64,000 nt of DNA from a virus. Its lineage: Duplodnaviria > Caudoviricetes. Below are positions 52,844 to 62,299 of this stretch, in pieces. Within the stretch, counting starts at the first letter, position 1, and the number at the start of each line of letters is the position of its first letter. The stretch is from the IMG/VR virus record IMGVR_UViG_3300005764_000016, positions 4,393 to 68,392 of that record; one strand, given 5' to 3'. The notes under the pieces were generated by a model. It saw nothing but the letters and a program-made list of their open reading frames with translations. It made no database searches and was not told the DNA's origin. The position numbers and the translations under genes are program-made.

Positions 52844-53062
52844 ATGCACGCACCAGAAACCAACGGAGCCGCCATGCCCCAGCACAAGAGGAATGGAGTC
52901 GGCCAGGTCGAGTCCGTCAAGCACCTCCGCATCACGCTCTCTGCCGACCAGCACCGGGCCTTCCGGGTGCTGGCGGCGCACGCCGGCGAATCCATGTTCA
53001 AGCACGCCGTGCGCGTGATCGGCGACTACATCCGCCGCGAAGCGCCGCCGCGGCGGGCTTGA
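52844..53062 (+). CDS. Small RHH-like regulator
   Basis: KHLRITLS..HRAFRVLAA. Confidence 0.55.
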   Translation: MHAPETNGAAMPQHKRNGVGQVESVKHLRITLSADQHRAFRVLAAHAGESMFKHAVRVIGDYIRREAPPRRA

Positions 53063-53169
53063 CCGCGCTCGCGCCCCGGAAGGATTCTCTGCCTCGGTTT
53101 TCCGCGTTGCCGGGACTACTATTGTCGTAATAGTATGTCTATACGCCCGTGTTACCATTTTCGTGTTAA

Positions 53170-53454
53170 GTGGAGCGACAGAGTCCTATGCTGGGGAACA
53201 TGACGATCCGACACGTCGTGCGCCGCCTGCGCACGGAGCGCGGCCTGACCCAGCTGCAGCTGGCCACCGCCGCCGGCATCACGCCTTCGGCGGTGGCGGC
53301 CATCGAGTACGGCGTCAACACCAATCCGCGCATGATTACGTTGCTCGGACTGGCGCACGCCCTGTCGGTGACGCCCAACGACCTGATGATCGAGGACAGC
53401 AAGGCGGGACCGCTGCCCAAGCGCTACCGGCACAAGAAACGGCGCCGGGATTGA
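53170..53454 (+). CDS. XRE-family repressor
   Basis: LRTERGLTQLQLATAAGITPSAVAAIEYG..NP. Confidence 0.85.
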   Translation: MERQSPMLGNMTIRHVVRRLRTERGLTQLQLATAAGITPSAVAAIEYGVNTNPRMITLLGLAHALSVTPNDLMIEDSKAGPLPKRYRHKKRRRD

Positions 53455-53486
53455 CGCCGCTTGATACGCCTTATAAAATAGCCTCC

Positions 53487-54095
53487 ATGCACCAGCGCGA
53501 AGCCGTATTGCGTGCCCTCCTGGCCTGCGCCCGGCCGATCGTCCGCCAGCAGTGGCGGGCCGACAGCTGCATCGCCTCGACGGCCATCGCCATCGACGTG
53601 CTCGATTACTTCGGCCTGGCGGCCAAGCCCCTGGCCTGCCGCACCGCGGTCTGGAACCGGCAGCTGGTCGAGCGCGTCGAGGCCGAGGGCCGCACGCCCG
53701 ACCCCGAGGAGCTCCACCAGTGGTGCCGCGAGTGCGGGGCCTGGTCGGTCGGCATCGGCTACGGCGAGGCGATCCCCAGGCCGGACGGCTGGCCGGCCCA
53801 CCTGGTCGCCATCCAGGGCGAAGAGTTTCTCCTGGACCTGTCCTTGGACCAGGGCAGCCGGCCGCACAAGCACATCCAGCTGGGATCGCTCGGCCAGCGA
53901 CTGCCGGCAGACTGGCGGGCGCAGGCCGAATACCGCTGCGAGGCCTTCGATTGCCTGTTGGAATATGCCTGGCTGCCCGAGGACCAGAGTTTCCGGCGCT
54001 CGCCCGACTGGCGCTCGACCGGCCGGCGGCAGCGGGCCGTCGGCACCATCATCCGGGCGGTGAAGGACGCTTTGAAAGAAAGAGGAGAAGCATGA
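53487..54095 (+). CDS. Hypothetical protein
   Basis: MHQREAVL..SCIASTA..HLV..LDLS; coupled to the next gene. Confidence 0.55.
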   Translation: MHQREAVLRALLACARPIVRQQWRADSCIASTAIAIDVLDYFGLAAKPLACRTAVWNRQLVERVEAEGRTPDPEELHQWCRECGAWSVGIGYGEAIPRPDGWPAHLVAIQGEEFLLDLSLDQGSRPHKHIQLGSLGQRLPADWRAQAEYRCEAFDCLLEYAWLPEDQSFRRSPDWRSTGRRQRAVGTIIRAVKDALKERGEA

Positions 54096-54613
54096 CGGAC
54101 AAACTGAAAGAGACCTGCGACCGGGCCCTGATCGACACGCTGCCGCCGACCTTGAAGGCCACGCTCGACCGGCTCGTGGCCCGCGGCCTCGACCGGCGCA
54201 GCATCCTCGAACTGGTCGACGCCTTGGCGGGCCGGGCGGGCTGGGACTTCGCCCGCGGCCGACCCATGATCTCGCTGGCCGTGGAAGCGTACCTCGAGCA
54301 CCGCGAAGCGCAAGAGAAGGAGGGCAGCGTGATGGAAAACGTCACCGTCCGCACCACCGACCCGCAGTGCGTCGCTAACGCCCTGCTCCTGACCGAGTTC
54401 CAGGAGGTTGACGAGCGGAAGGTCGCAGCGTGGTCCGACGACCAGCGCGCCGAGGCGTTCGAGTGGGCCATGCGCGAGCATCTCGCCGCCAGCGACAACG
54501 ACGACGTGGAGCGGCTGCTAATGCCGCCGCACGTCCGGGAACTTTACCTGAATGCAACCGCTGGTCGTTTCTTGGATGAACCAAACCCATCGCCCAATCA
54601 GAGGAAGCAATGA
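54092..54613 (+). CDS. Hypothetical protein
   Basis: MTDKLKETCD... within the track ORF; ATGA overlaps on both sides. Confidence 0.5.
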   Translation: MTDKLKETCDRALIDTLPPTLKATLDRLVARGLDRRSILELVDALAGRAGWDFARGRPMISLAVEAYLEHREAQEKEGSVMENVTVRTTDPQCVANALLLTEFQEVDERKVAAWSDDQRAEAFEWAMREHLAASDNDDVERLLMPPHVRELYLNATAGRFLDEPNPSPNQRKQ

Positions 54614-54801
54614 AAGTCATCGTCGCATGGAATGACAGCATCCGGCAATATGTCTATTGGGCAGGCAAACACATCCTGCCCAACTGGACACTTGCCATCG
54701 AAGAAGCCGAACAATTCGCCGACGAAACCGCCTGCCAAATCAGGATAGGCGAGCTTTACGAGAAGGGTTATCGTTCGCATCAAATGGCCGAGTACGCCTA
54801 A
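54610..54801 (+). CDS. Hypothetical small protein
   Basis: 63 aa. Confidence 0.45.
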   Translation: MKVIVAWNDSIRQYVYWAGKHILPNWTLAIEEAEQFADETACQIRIGELYEKGYRSHQMAEYA

Positions 54802-54890
54802 TCTAGTGCTCTCGGCCAACAAGCGCCAGGTCGCCTTGCGGCTTGATCGAGCGTCGGCGCTCGCCATGGCGCAGCGCATCCTCGACGAAC

Positions 54891-54962
54891 TAGCCCCGGC
54901 CGGAGTCGAACCGACATCCTCCGCTTAGAAGGCGGTTGCTCTGTCCGTTGAGCTACGGGGCC
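54891..54962 (-). tRNA. tRNA-Arg(UCU)
   Basis: GGCCCCG-TA-GCTC..GAGC-A-ACCGC-CTTCTAA-GCGGA..GTCGG-TTCGACT-CCGGC-CGGGGCT-A folds as a cloverleaf; no encoded CCA. Confidence 0.9.
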
Positions 54963-54968
54963 ACACGA

Positions 54969-56114
54969 TCATCCCGTCTCGCCGACGGCCGCCGCCGCGG
55001 CCTCCCAGTTCTCGATGGCGTAGCCCTGCGTTACCCGCAGGCTTCTTTGCCCCAGGATCACCCGCGCCGTGTCGAGGCCGTACTTGGCCGCGAGCCGCGT
55101 CCCCGCGTTGTGCCGCAGTTGGCCCGGGTTCCACTCGGCCACGCCGGCGACGTGGCAGGCCCGGTGCACGGCGGCCAGGAGCGCCGTGCGGTTGTAGCGG
55201 GCCGCCTTCGGCTTGCCCCGGCCGCCGCGCTCGGGCCGGAACAGGTACTCGCCCGGCTTGGCCAGGAGCAGCCACGGGGCGAGCGTGGCTTGGGCCTCGG
55301 GGCCCACGAGCACCGTGCGCGGATGGCCCTTCCAGAGCGTCTTGTGCTGGGGCGGCCGGTAGGCCCAGACTTTCTTGAAGTTGACCCACATGCCCTTGGC
55401 GATCTCCACCCGGCCTTTCTTGTCCAGGGCCTCGGCCTTCAGGCGGCAGATCTCGCCGGGACGGGCGCTGGTGAGCAGGAGTAAATCCACGATCGCCCGC
55501 ACGGGCGCGGGCGACAGGTGCGGCAGCGTGGCCTCCAGGTCTCCTTCGGGAACGGGTAACACGGGGGGACTCTCCTCGACTTGGTGCTCGCGAACCTTGA
55601 GCCCGCGCACCGTGCGCAGGGTCTCGAACGTGCCGCCCGGCACGAGCTGCTCGGCCTCGCCCCAGCGGAAGATGGTGCGGACGCGCACCAGCTGGCGGTT
55701 GATGCTGGCCCGCTTCCACTGGCGCTTGACCATGGCCCGCAGCACGTCCTTTAAGGCCTTGGGGCCGAAGGCGGCCAGCGGAGTCGCTTGGTGGACGTCG
55801 AGCAAGGGCTGGCAGGCACAGCGGTAGTTGACGAACTCGGTGCTTGGATTTCCGCGCTCGTCGCGGTAGGCTTCGTGGGCGTGCTCCATGAAGGCGGCGA
55901 CCAGGTCGGCCACGCAAAGGCCCGTTCCCGCGTCGGCCTTGACGCCAGCTGAGCGATCGGGGGCCAGTTCGGTTACCAGCCTGGCGTACTTGAGCCGGGC
56001 TTCCTGCGAGCCGATCGGACCCAGGTAGTAGTCGTGGCCGGCGACGCGGATGAATTCGCGGCCCGACGTTTTGTGAGGGTGGACGGTGGGCGGCCACTTG
56101 ACCTTGCGTCCCAT
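54969..56114 (-). CDS. int: Tyrosine integrase
   Basis: SARPGEI (R), QHKT (K), GQLRHNAG (RH), GYA (Y); N-terminal arm-binding domain. Confidence 0.92.
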   Translation of the reverse strand: MGRKVKWPPTVHPHKTSGREFIRVAGHDYYLGPIGSQEARLKYARLVTELAPDRSAGVKADAGTGLCVADLVAAFMEHAHEAYRDERGNPSTEFVNYRCACQPLLDVHQATPLAAFGPKALKDVLRAMVKRQWKRASINRQLVRVRTIFRWGEAEQLVPGGTFETLRTVRGLKVREHQVEESPPVLPVPEGDLEATLPHLSPAPVRAIVDLLLLTSARPGEICRLKAEALDKKGRVEIAKGMWVNFKKVWAYRPPQHKTLWKGHPRTVLVGPEAQATLAPWLLLAKPGEYLFRPERGGRGKPKAARYNRTALLAAVHRACHVAGVAEWNPGQLRHNAGTRLAAKYGLDTARVILGQRSLRVTQGYAIENWEAAAAAVGETG

Positions 56115-56213
56115 GTTGGGGCCTCCTTGCCCTCGGATTTCGTGGGAATACCGTGAGAAACCCGGGGGCAGGTGCGACAGCAGACACCGGCAAGCCCCGA
56201 GCCGAATGGAAGA

Positions 56214-56242
56214 GGTTAACTCGCTTAGAAGGCGAGTGCACC
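56214..56242. other. Candidate attP core
   Basis: GGTTAACTCGC-TTAGAAG-GCGAGTGCACC: 9/11 inverted arms around the tRNA-Arg anticodon-loop 7-mer. Confidence 0.65.
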
Positions 56243-56409
56243 TAACCAGTGAATTACCAACAACTTATGCCACGCAACTGACTTACGTTTAATCTCCGGA
56301 GTTGAAGAAGCCTGAAAACCCCGGAGGTCGTTATGAGGAAACTGCAGTATTTTGCATGGGAAGAATCCAATCGTGTGAAACGTGGGAGAAACGCTCGGCC
56401 TGGGTTGGA

Positions 56410-57159
56410 TTATTTCGTGGGAGAGCCGTTTTGCCGCTGATTCTCGATGGTTTTGACGATGCGATTATAGTTATCATCGGCCTCTGTCGAGCCCCACAAA
56501 CCCAGGTAATAGTCGCGGCCGTCGACACGAATGCGTGCCCGCCCTGATACGTGATGATGCATCTTTGGTGGCCACTGGCTTGGCCTTCCACCCTTGTTGA
56601 TCTTGGTACAACCGTTCGCCACCGCTTTTTTTCGGTGTTTCTCAGCCATTCTCACGATTCGTTTATAGGCAGCCTCGGCCTGTTCGGAACCAGCCAGTCC
56701 CAGGTAATAATCACGTCCCAAGACGCGAATTCGTGCTCTGCCCGAGGAACGATGCACAGTTACGAGCGGTGGCCATCTGCGCAGTCTGCCCGTTGGCGTA
56801 AAGGCTAGATTTTGTGCGACACTGTATTCTTCGCAGGTTCCGTAATTTACACTGCCAAACGATTTCAAGATGGCAATGTCGGCGTCAGTCAGAGTGAACC
56901 ATTCGCCACGCACCCAGTGGGTCTCAAAATGCTTGTGAATGGCTTTTTCCAACATTTCCGAGTTGTCTGTCCTTATGGTGTGCACCAGATCGACTGCGAC
57001 CGGCGAATGCAGCTGCAGGATCATCATGCGCTGGCGAATGTCGTTGGCGACGCCGATCTTGTAGTACGGCCGGTCCACGACCATCCGCGCCACGTAGACC
57101 AGGCGCCCCTTGAACTGCACTTGCCGAGGCTTGCGGTCGGGCTTACGCTTCTGAGACAT
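56410..57159 (-). CDS. T5orf172 (GIY-YIG-like) protein with two integrase-arm-like domains
   Basis: YYKIGVA..GEWF; two copies of WPP..H..SGRARIRV.GRDYYLG. Confidence 0.75.
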   Translation of the reverse strand: MSQKRKPDRKPRQVQFKGRLVYVARMVVDRPYYKIGVANDIRQRMMILQLHSPVAVDLVHTIRTDNSEMLEKAIHKHFETHWVRGEWFTLTDADIAILKSFGSVNYGTCEEYSVAQNLAFTPTGRLRRWPPLVTVHRSSGRARIRVLGRDYYLGLAGSEQAEAAYKRIVRMAEKHRKKAVANGCTKINKGGRPSQWPPKMHHHVSGRARIRVDGRDYYLGLWGSTEADDNYNRIVKTIENQRQNGSPTK

Positions 57160-57261
57160 GCCACGCCCTCTCAGTCAGGGTTTGGTATCAGGGCCGCCGG
57201 GGTGTTAGAGCACCCCGCGCGGTCCGACCATTCTAATCGGCCCCTCCAGTTTCGTGCAATC

Positions 57262-58020
57262 CTAGCTAGGCCGCTCCAGCCGCTCGGCCGCGAACGGATC
57301 GCCCGCCCCGCGGCGGCGCAGGCTCACCAGCCGCAGGAGCTCCCGCCGGCGGGCGTCCGCCTCGCTGGGTACGGTGCCGTCGAGATAGGGCATGGCCCGG
57401 CCGCACCAGTTGACCCCCGAGGGCCCCAGGTGCAGGACCTCGAAGGGCGGCCGGACCTTGTCCGACTCGGGCCACTTTCGCTGAAAGAAGCTGTCCGCGC
57501 CGCCGGCGTGCCGCCAGTCGGTCTCGTGCCAGGGCGGCGGACCAAGGTGCGGGTCTTCGGCGTGGAAAATCTGCGTGTAGCCGGCGAACTCGCGCTGCTG
57601 GGGATGCAAGGGGAACGTCGGCCAGGTGGCCTCGGGCGGGACGCCGTCCCTGAGCTTGGGCAGGTCGTAGAACATCCGCCTGAGCGGCGTGTAGAGCTTG
57701 CCTGGTGCCGGCTTCCAGTAAGGGACGGCGAACTGCTTCCACCACAGCACGTCCGGGTCGATCAACACCAGCCAGCCGTGCCGGCCGAAGGAGTCGAGCC
57801 CCTCCTCCAGGGCCCGCCACTTGTTGAAGCTGGCGCCGTCCTCGTAAAAGGCATCGGTCAGGAATGGCGTGGCATCGTTCTCCCAAGCGACGTAGACGGT
57901 TTTATCGCCGGGCCGACTGACCACGCACACCTCGGCGAAGTGGTGCCGGTTGTAGGGCAGCGTCAGGGCCAGCAGGTCGGCCATGTCCACGCACACGGTG
58001 ATGGCTCTAAGTGCTGGCAT
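57262..58020 (-). CDS. GT-A-like glycosyltransferase
   Basis: ITVCVD, LVLIDPDV, FAGYTQIFH, GGADSFF. Confidence 0.65.
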   Translation of the reverse strand: MPALRAITVCVDMADLLALTLPYNRHHFAEVCVVSRPGDKTVYVAWENDATPFLTDAFYEDGASFNKWRALEEGLDSFGRHGWLVLIDPDVLWWKQFAVPYWKPAPGKLYTPLRRMFYDLPKLRDGVPPEATWPTFPLHPQQREFAGYTQIFHAEDPHLGPPPWHETDWRHAGGADSFFQRKWPESDKVRPPFEVLHLGPSGVNWCGRAMPYLDGTVPSEADARRRELLRLVSLRRRGAGDPFAAERLERPS

Positions 58021-59014
58021 TTTGCAAGTACCTCACGACGTTGCCCACGGGCAGCCCCAGCTGTATCCGCCGCGTCACCACCTCGACGGGCCGGCTCGGC
58101 CGCTTGGAGCGGTAGACGCCCGCGTGCGTGGCGCTGGTTTGCTCCGTGCCCGCCTGGGCCATGGCCAGCTCGCCACGGCCGCGGAGAGGCACGCCGCACT
58201 CGTGGCAGTGCTTGCGGACTTGGTCCTTAAACCATCCCATCGGAAGTTCCCACCACTTGTAGAACGGCTTCTCTAGGTTAGGTGGTACTGCCCCGACTAG
58301 ACGGAACTCTGGAGGATTTTGCCAAGCCCATGTAGGATCGAGCCCCGTGTCCGGGTAGCCCGGCTCGTGCTGGTGTAGCGACGCCATCGCAGCGGCGACC
58401 TCGCAAAAGAACGCCCGCAGCTCGCCCCGGAAAAGAATGATGGCCGCGCTCCATAACTGATTCACGTCGCACCCGGAGATCAGTGCCCAGCGCTCGCCCT
58501 CGTCCGGCACCAGGTCTCGCATCGCCACGAAGACCGGCGCGTGGCGCGAATCCTGATGCTCGCCGACAATGTTGGCTTCCGGCCAGTCTCGCCGAAACTC
58601 CGCTGCAGCTTCTTGGTCCAGGTGTACGTTGATGTTGGACACGCGCGGGTCGAATGTCTGACGCATGGCTTTGGCTTTGCCGTGCGCGTGATTGCACCAC
58701 AGCCCACGTTGCTCGAAGGGGACGTGCTTGCAGAGGATCGCGCAGCACTCTTCAAAGTGCGGCGACAGGGCTGGGTTGCCCCCGAAGACGCCATAGACGC
58801 CCCAGTACCCGCGGAGGGAAAGGACCGCCTGCTCAAACTGTTCCGGGGTCATAAAATCGGTGGGGCCGGCGAGTTGGCTGCCCTGCGTGCAGTTAAAGCA
58901 CGCCTTGTCGCAGGCCCGCGTCAGCCGGATTTGAATGACCCCGCCCCGGTAGGGCTTACACGGTCGCACCTGACCCGGGGCAATCATTCTGGCGAGCGCT
59001 TCTTGTTCGGTCAT
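58007..59014 (-). CDS. Radical SAM protein
   Basis: CDKACFNC, FGGNPALSP; C-terminal Cys cluster. Confidence 0.8.
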   Translation of the reverse strand: MTEQEALARMIAPGQVRPCKPYRGGVIQIRLTRACDKACFNCTQGSQLAGPTDFMTPEQFEQAVLSLRGYWGVYGVFGGNPALSPHFEECCAILCKHVPFEQRGLWCNHAHGKAKAMRQTFDPRVSNINVHLDQEAAAEFRRDWPEANIVGEHQDSRHAPVFVAMRDLVPDEGERWALISGCDVNQLWSAAIILFRGELRAFFCEVAAAMASLHQHEPGYPDTGLDPTWAWQNPPEFRLVGAVPPNLEKPFYKWWELPMGWFKDQVRKHCHECGVPLRGRGELAMAQAGTEQTSATHAGVYRSKRPSRPVEVVTRRIQLGLPVGNVVRYLQNAST

Positions 59015-59551
59015 GTGCCAAGACCCTCCGCTTGTTGGGCCGCAGCGGCTGTCGCAATGCCCGCTCCAAAAGCCAGCCTGAGCGCAGCCTCTTGCGAAGC
59101 GCCGAGAGCCGGGGGCATAATCTCCGCTGTTGTCAATTCGCCCTAGGCTGTGTTTCATCGAGGGCCGTGGCCCCACGTCCGCAAGAAATACAAGGAAGTC
59201 CCGCCAACGAGCATCGACCCGGATGCCTCTTGCTCCGTACATGGAGTAGTTTGCAGCACGGGGGTTCGTGCAGCGACTCCACATACTGTTCCACACCCGG
59301 TACTCCCGACTGGCACAAGCACCATGCCTGAAATTTCTTCGCGCGACTCCCTTAGATGCGACCTCGCCTTGCAAGCAGCCGCAACTTTGGATGGCGTTTT
59401 TGCCCAGCAGCTGGGCCGCTTTGACCAGCGTAACCGCCCCGCAGTCGCACTGGCAAAGCATGAGCCGGTTGCCGTACCTGTCTCGCCCCGGGCAGGATCG
59501 TACCACAAGGCGACCGTACCGTTCGCCGGATTGCACTTTGGGCAGGGCCAT
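59015..59551 (-). mobile_element. Truncated HNH homing endonuclease in frame with the radical SAM gene
   Basis: RYGRLVV..CQCDCG..SCGC..YRVW..M.SRC..YGARGIRV..RP...SLGRIDN; lacks the usual NCRWAT ending. Confidence 0.7.
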
Positions 59552-59658
59552 GACGTGGTTCCCTCCTGAACGCCAGCCCGCAGCCACAGGGTTCAGGACC
59601 TGCGACCACGGGACTGGCAGAGAACGCCGCCATCTTATGCCCCCGTCATACGGTTTTT

Positions 59659-60264
59659 CTACGTCGGTAAATAGGCCGTCCTGACTCGGTCATGCTCGTA
59701 CCTCGCATTGACGCCGTCGCGGCCGGCGTCGTGGTAGCCGTGCCGCTGCACGAGGGCGTCGATCCGGGCCAGGCGCTCGAGGTTGCCGTTGTGCTCGACC
59801 AGCATGGCTAGGAAGAGAAACTTGCCGAAGTCGTGAGCTTTCAGCACCTCTTCCTCGGCCCCCTCCACGTCCAGGCAGAGAAATTCGATCACCGGCGGCG
59901 CGGCGTGATCCTGAAGCACGCGGGTCAAGGTTGCACAAGCGACCATCCGCTCCTCGCCGGGCAGCTCGCGCCTAGGCCAGTGGTCGCCGAAGGCCCAGGG
60001 GATGCCGGACAGCTCGACCTGGTCGCCGTGAATCTCGCGGAAGATGACCGAGCCGCAGTAGGCCCAGAGCGCCCGCCGATCCACCGCGCAGCGACGGTTC
60101 TGTCTCAGCCCGCGGAAGTGCCAGCTGGGCTCCACGCACAGCCCGCGCCAGCCGCGCTGCTCCAGGCGGTAGGTCTGGCTGTCGCCGATGCCGTCGTGGG
60201 CACCGGCCTCGACGAAGTAGCCGACTCCAGGGAAGAGAACGTCCACCCACTCGTGTTCAGTCAT
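59659..60264 (-). CDS. FkbM-family methyltransferase
   Basis: FVEAGAHDG, GLCVEP, FLCLDVEGAEEEVL. Confidence 0.85.
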   Translation of the reverse strand: MTEHEWVDVLFPGVGYFVEAGAHDGIGDSQTYRLEQRGWRGLCVEPSWHFRGLRQNRRCAVDRRALWAYCGSVIFREIHGDQVELSGIPWAFGDHWPRRELPGEERMVACATLTRVLQDHAAPPVIEFLCLDVEGAEEEVLKAHDFGKFLFLAMLVEHNGNLERLARIDALVQRHGYHDAGRDGVNARYEHDRVRTAYLPT

Positions 60265-60271
60265 CAGTTCA

Positions 60272-61027
60272 CTACTTGTCAGCCTCTCCGTAAATGCGCA
60301 ACTTGGGCTTTTCCCGGTGGAACTTCGCCAAAGTTTCCGTCCAGAACTTCCCCGTAACTTCGCCCGTGGAGGTGACGGGAGGCGGTCTAAGACCACCCTC
60401 GTACCAGTGGCCGCACACCCGGCAGACCACCTTCGCCTGGGCGAGCATGGCGTCCATGGTCACGTCTTTTAAGTGCATCACGCCGACGTCGAACCCCGCG
60501 ACGCGGGCCACCGAAGCGCCCGCACCGTCCAGGAAGTAGCCGTGGCGAGTAAGGCCGAGGCCACAGCCACGCACGCCAAAAATACCGCAAGGATCGGCAG
60601 CGCCAATATCGGGCCAGCGATCCACGGGGGCAATGCGCGTGTTCGTGAACCACTGGGGCGTGACGCCGGGCGTCTTGGCCTCGGCGTGTAGGCTGACGTG
60701 GTGCCGTTGACACAGATCGCGGTACTTCTCGCTCTTGCCGCGTCCATTGGTGAGCACCTGCAGGAAGACGTTGGGAAAGTGCTTCCGATAGCGGAGCAGC
60801 TCGGCCAGCATCGACTCGAACTGTGGGTGCAGCGTCGGCTCGCCGCCCAAGAGGCGTATCCGCTCCCACTCCCAGCCGAGGTCGAGCGACTCGTCGACGA
60901 ACTCTTGGACCTGGGCCAGCGTCATGTTCGGGTCGGTGATGACGTCCGAAAATCTGTCACAACCGAAGCAGTCGAGGTCGCAGGCCGTGTTGATCTGGAG
61001 CTCGACGTGCTTGAAGGGACTGTCCAT
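60272..61027 (-). CDS. Radical SAM protein
   Basis: CDLDCFGC, LLGGEPTLHP, VLTNG. Confidence 0.85.
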   Translation of the reverse strand: MDSPFKHVELQINTACDLDCFGCDRFSDVITDPNMTLAQVQEFVDESLDLGWEWERIRLLGGEPTLHPQFESMLAELLRYRKHFPNVFLQVLTNGRGKSEKYRDLCQRHHVSLHAEAKTPGVTPQWFTNTRIAPVDRWPDIGAADPCGIFGVRGCGLGLTRHGYFLDGAGASVARVAGFDVGVMHLKDVTMDAMLAQAKVVCRVCGHWYEGGLRPPPVTSTGEVTGKFWTETLAKFHREKPKLRIYGEADK

Positions 61028-61031
61028 TCGG

Positions 61032-61349
61032 TCACCCTCGCTCGTGCAGGTGCTCGGGGCCGCGGTCGTGGTCGCCCTGGTCGGGCCGAAACCTCCAGCC
61101 GCGCGACAGGTATTTCAAGAGCGCCTTCACGTCCCCCGACTGCAAGATGCGCTCGAACTCGGGCGTCTTTTCCTCGTAGCAAATGTGAATGATCGGCTGC
61201 AAGATCGTCGAGCCGATCTTGCGGCTGACCTCGGCCAGATTGACCTCGGCGGGATCGGCCTCGCGCATGCGGGCCAGGCTCTCGGGGTCGAGAATGACCA
61301 GCAACCTATCCCTGACGTGGTTCTCGGTGACGATCGGCACGACGATCAC
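61032..61349 (-). CDS. Hypothetical protein
   Basis: 105 aa. Confidence 0.5.
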   Translation of the reverse strand: MIVVPIVTENHVRDRLLVILDPESLARMREADPAEVNLAEVSRKIGSTILQPIIHICYEEKTPEFERILQSGDVKALLKYLSRGWRFRPDQGDHDRGPEHLHERG

Positions 61350-61352
61350 GTC

Positions 61353-62054
61353 TCACCCTCCCAAAAACACCACGCCGACGCCGCAGCTGGCCCCGTTCCA
61401 GTGTTTGAGCCAGTGCTCGTAGGCGGTGACCGGCTGGCCCAGCTCGGCCACCTCGCTGGTATCGACGATCTCCAGGTGGCGGTAGCCGCGGGTCAGCACG
61501 CGCTCGTAAGCCTCGCGCGGGGCCGTGTCCTGGACGTCGTGAAAGAACACCACGGCATCGGTGGCCAGCACCGGCAGGTAGCAGTCGAAGTCGCGGTCGA
61601 AAAAGCTCTTGTCGCCGTCCAGAAACAACACGTCGATCGGCCGGTCGCCCAGCCAGCGCTGGACCTGCTCGACGGTCGAGGGGGCGTAGGAGCTGGCCGG
61701 TAGCCAGCAGAACTTCTGGCGGCGGAAGCGCATCTGGAACAGCTGCCAGTAAGGGGTCCCGCGAATCTCGCAGACGATCATGCGCGCGGGGTTCAGCTCG
61801 TGCAGCCAGGCCCAGGCCGAGCCGCCCTTGTCGGCACCGATCTCCATGACCGTGAGCCCAGGACGGTGGATCAGACTATCGGCGACCAAGTGCAGCATCT
61901 TCTCCAGCTCGCGCCGCCGCTGCAAGGGATGGAGCGGCGAGTCGAACAGCTCGTCGAGGTCTCTGAGCGTGGGCAGCCGCTCCTGCCACCACTTGACGAG
62001 GTCGGGGTGCAGCGGGCCGTCCATCGCCAGGGCCTCCTCCAGCTGGGTCGTCAT
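61353..62054 (-). CDS. Class I SAM methyltransferase (Methyltransf_24-like)
   Basis: MEIGADKGGS, IDVLFLDGD, FFHD. Confidence 0.8.
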   Translation of the reverse strand: MTTQLEEALAMDGPLHPDLVKWWQERLPTLRDLDELFDSPLHPLQRRRELEKMLHLVADSLIHRPGLTVMEIGADKGGSAWAWLHELNPARMIVCEIRGTPYWQLFQMRFRRQKFCWLPASSYAPSTVEQVQRWLGDRPIDVLFLDGDKSFFDRDFDCYLPVLATDAVVFFHDVQDTAPREAYERVLTRGYRHLEIVDTSEVAELGQPVTAYEHWLKHWNGASCGVGVVFLGG

Positions 62055-62062
62055 TGCTGCCC

Positions 62063-62299
62063 TCAAGTAACTTTGCGCTTCGCGGACGCCGGAGAATTCG
62101 TCATGTCCGGGTGTCCTTGGACGCGCACGCGCTGGAGCGAAATGGCATCTTTTCTTGCTTCTGCCGAAGCGAAGTCCAACTGTAAGGAGCCGCAAGCCGG
62201 ACAACGCATGCGCGCGGCGCGATTGCGTTCGAGCCAGTGATGCCAGGACTCTGCCTTGCACTCCTTGCAGACATACTTGCGATAGCCACGTCGCGCCAT
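62063..62299 (-). CDS. Small Zn-ribbon protein
   Basis: CKEC...CPACGS. Confidence 0.5.
   Translation of the reverse strand: MARRGYRKYVCKECKAESWHHWLERNRAARMRCPACGSLQLDFASAEARKDAISLQRVRVQGHPDMTNSPASAKRKVT

Noticed and set aside
59080-59089. Isolated GAGCGCAGCC repeat copy
   Set aside because: No partner loop repeat at the expected 9-nt spacing
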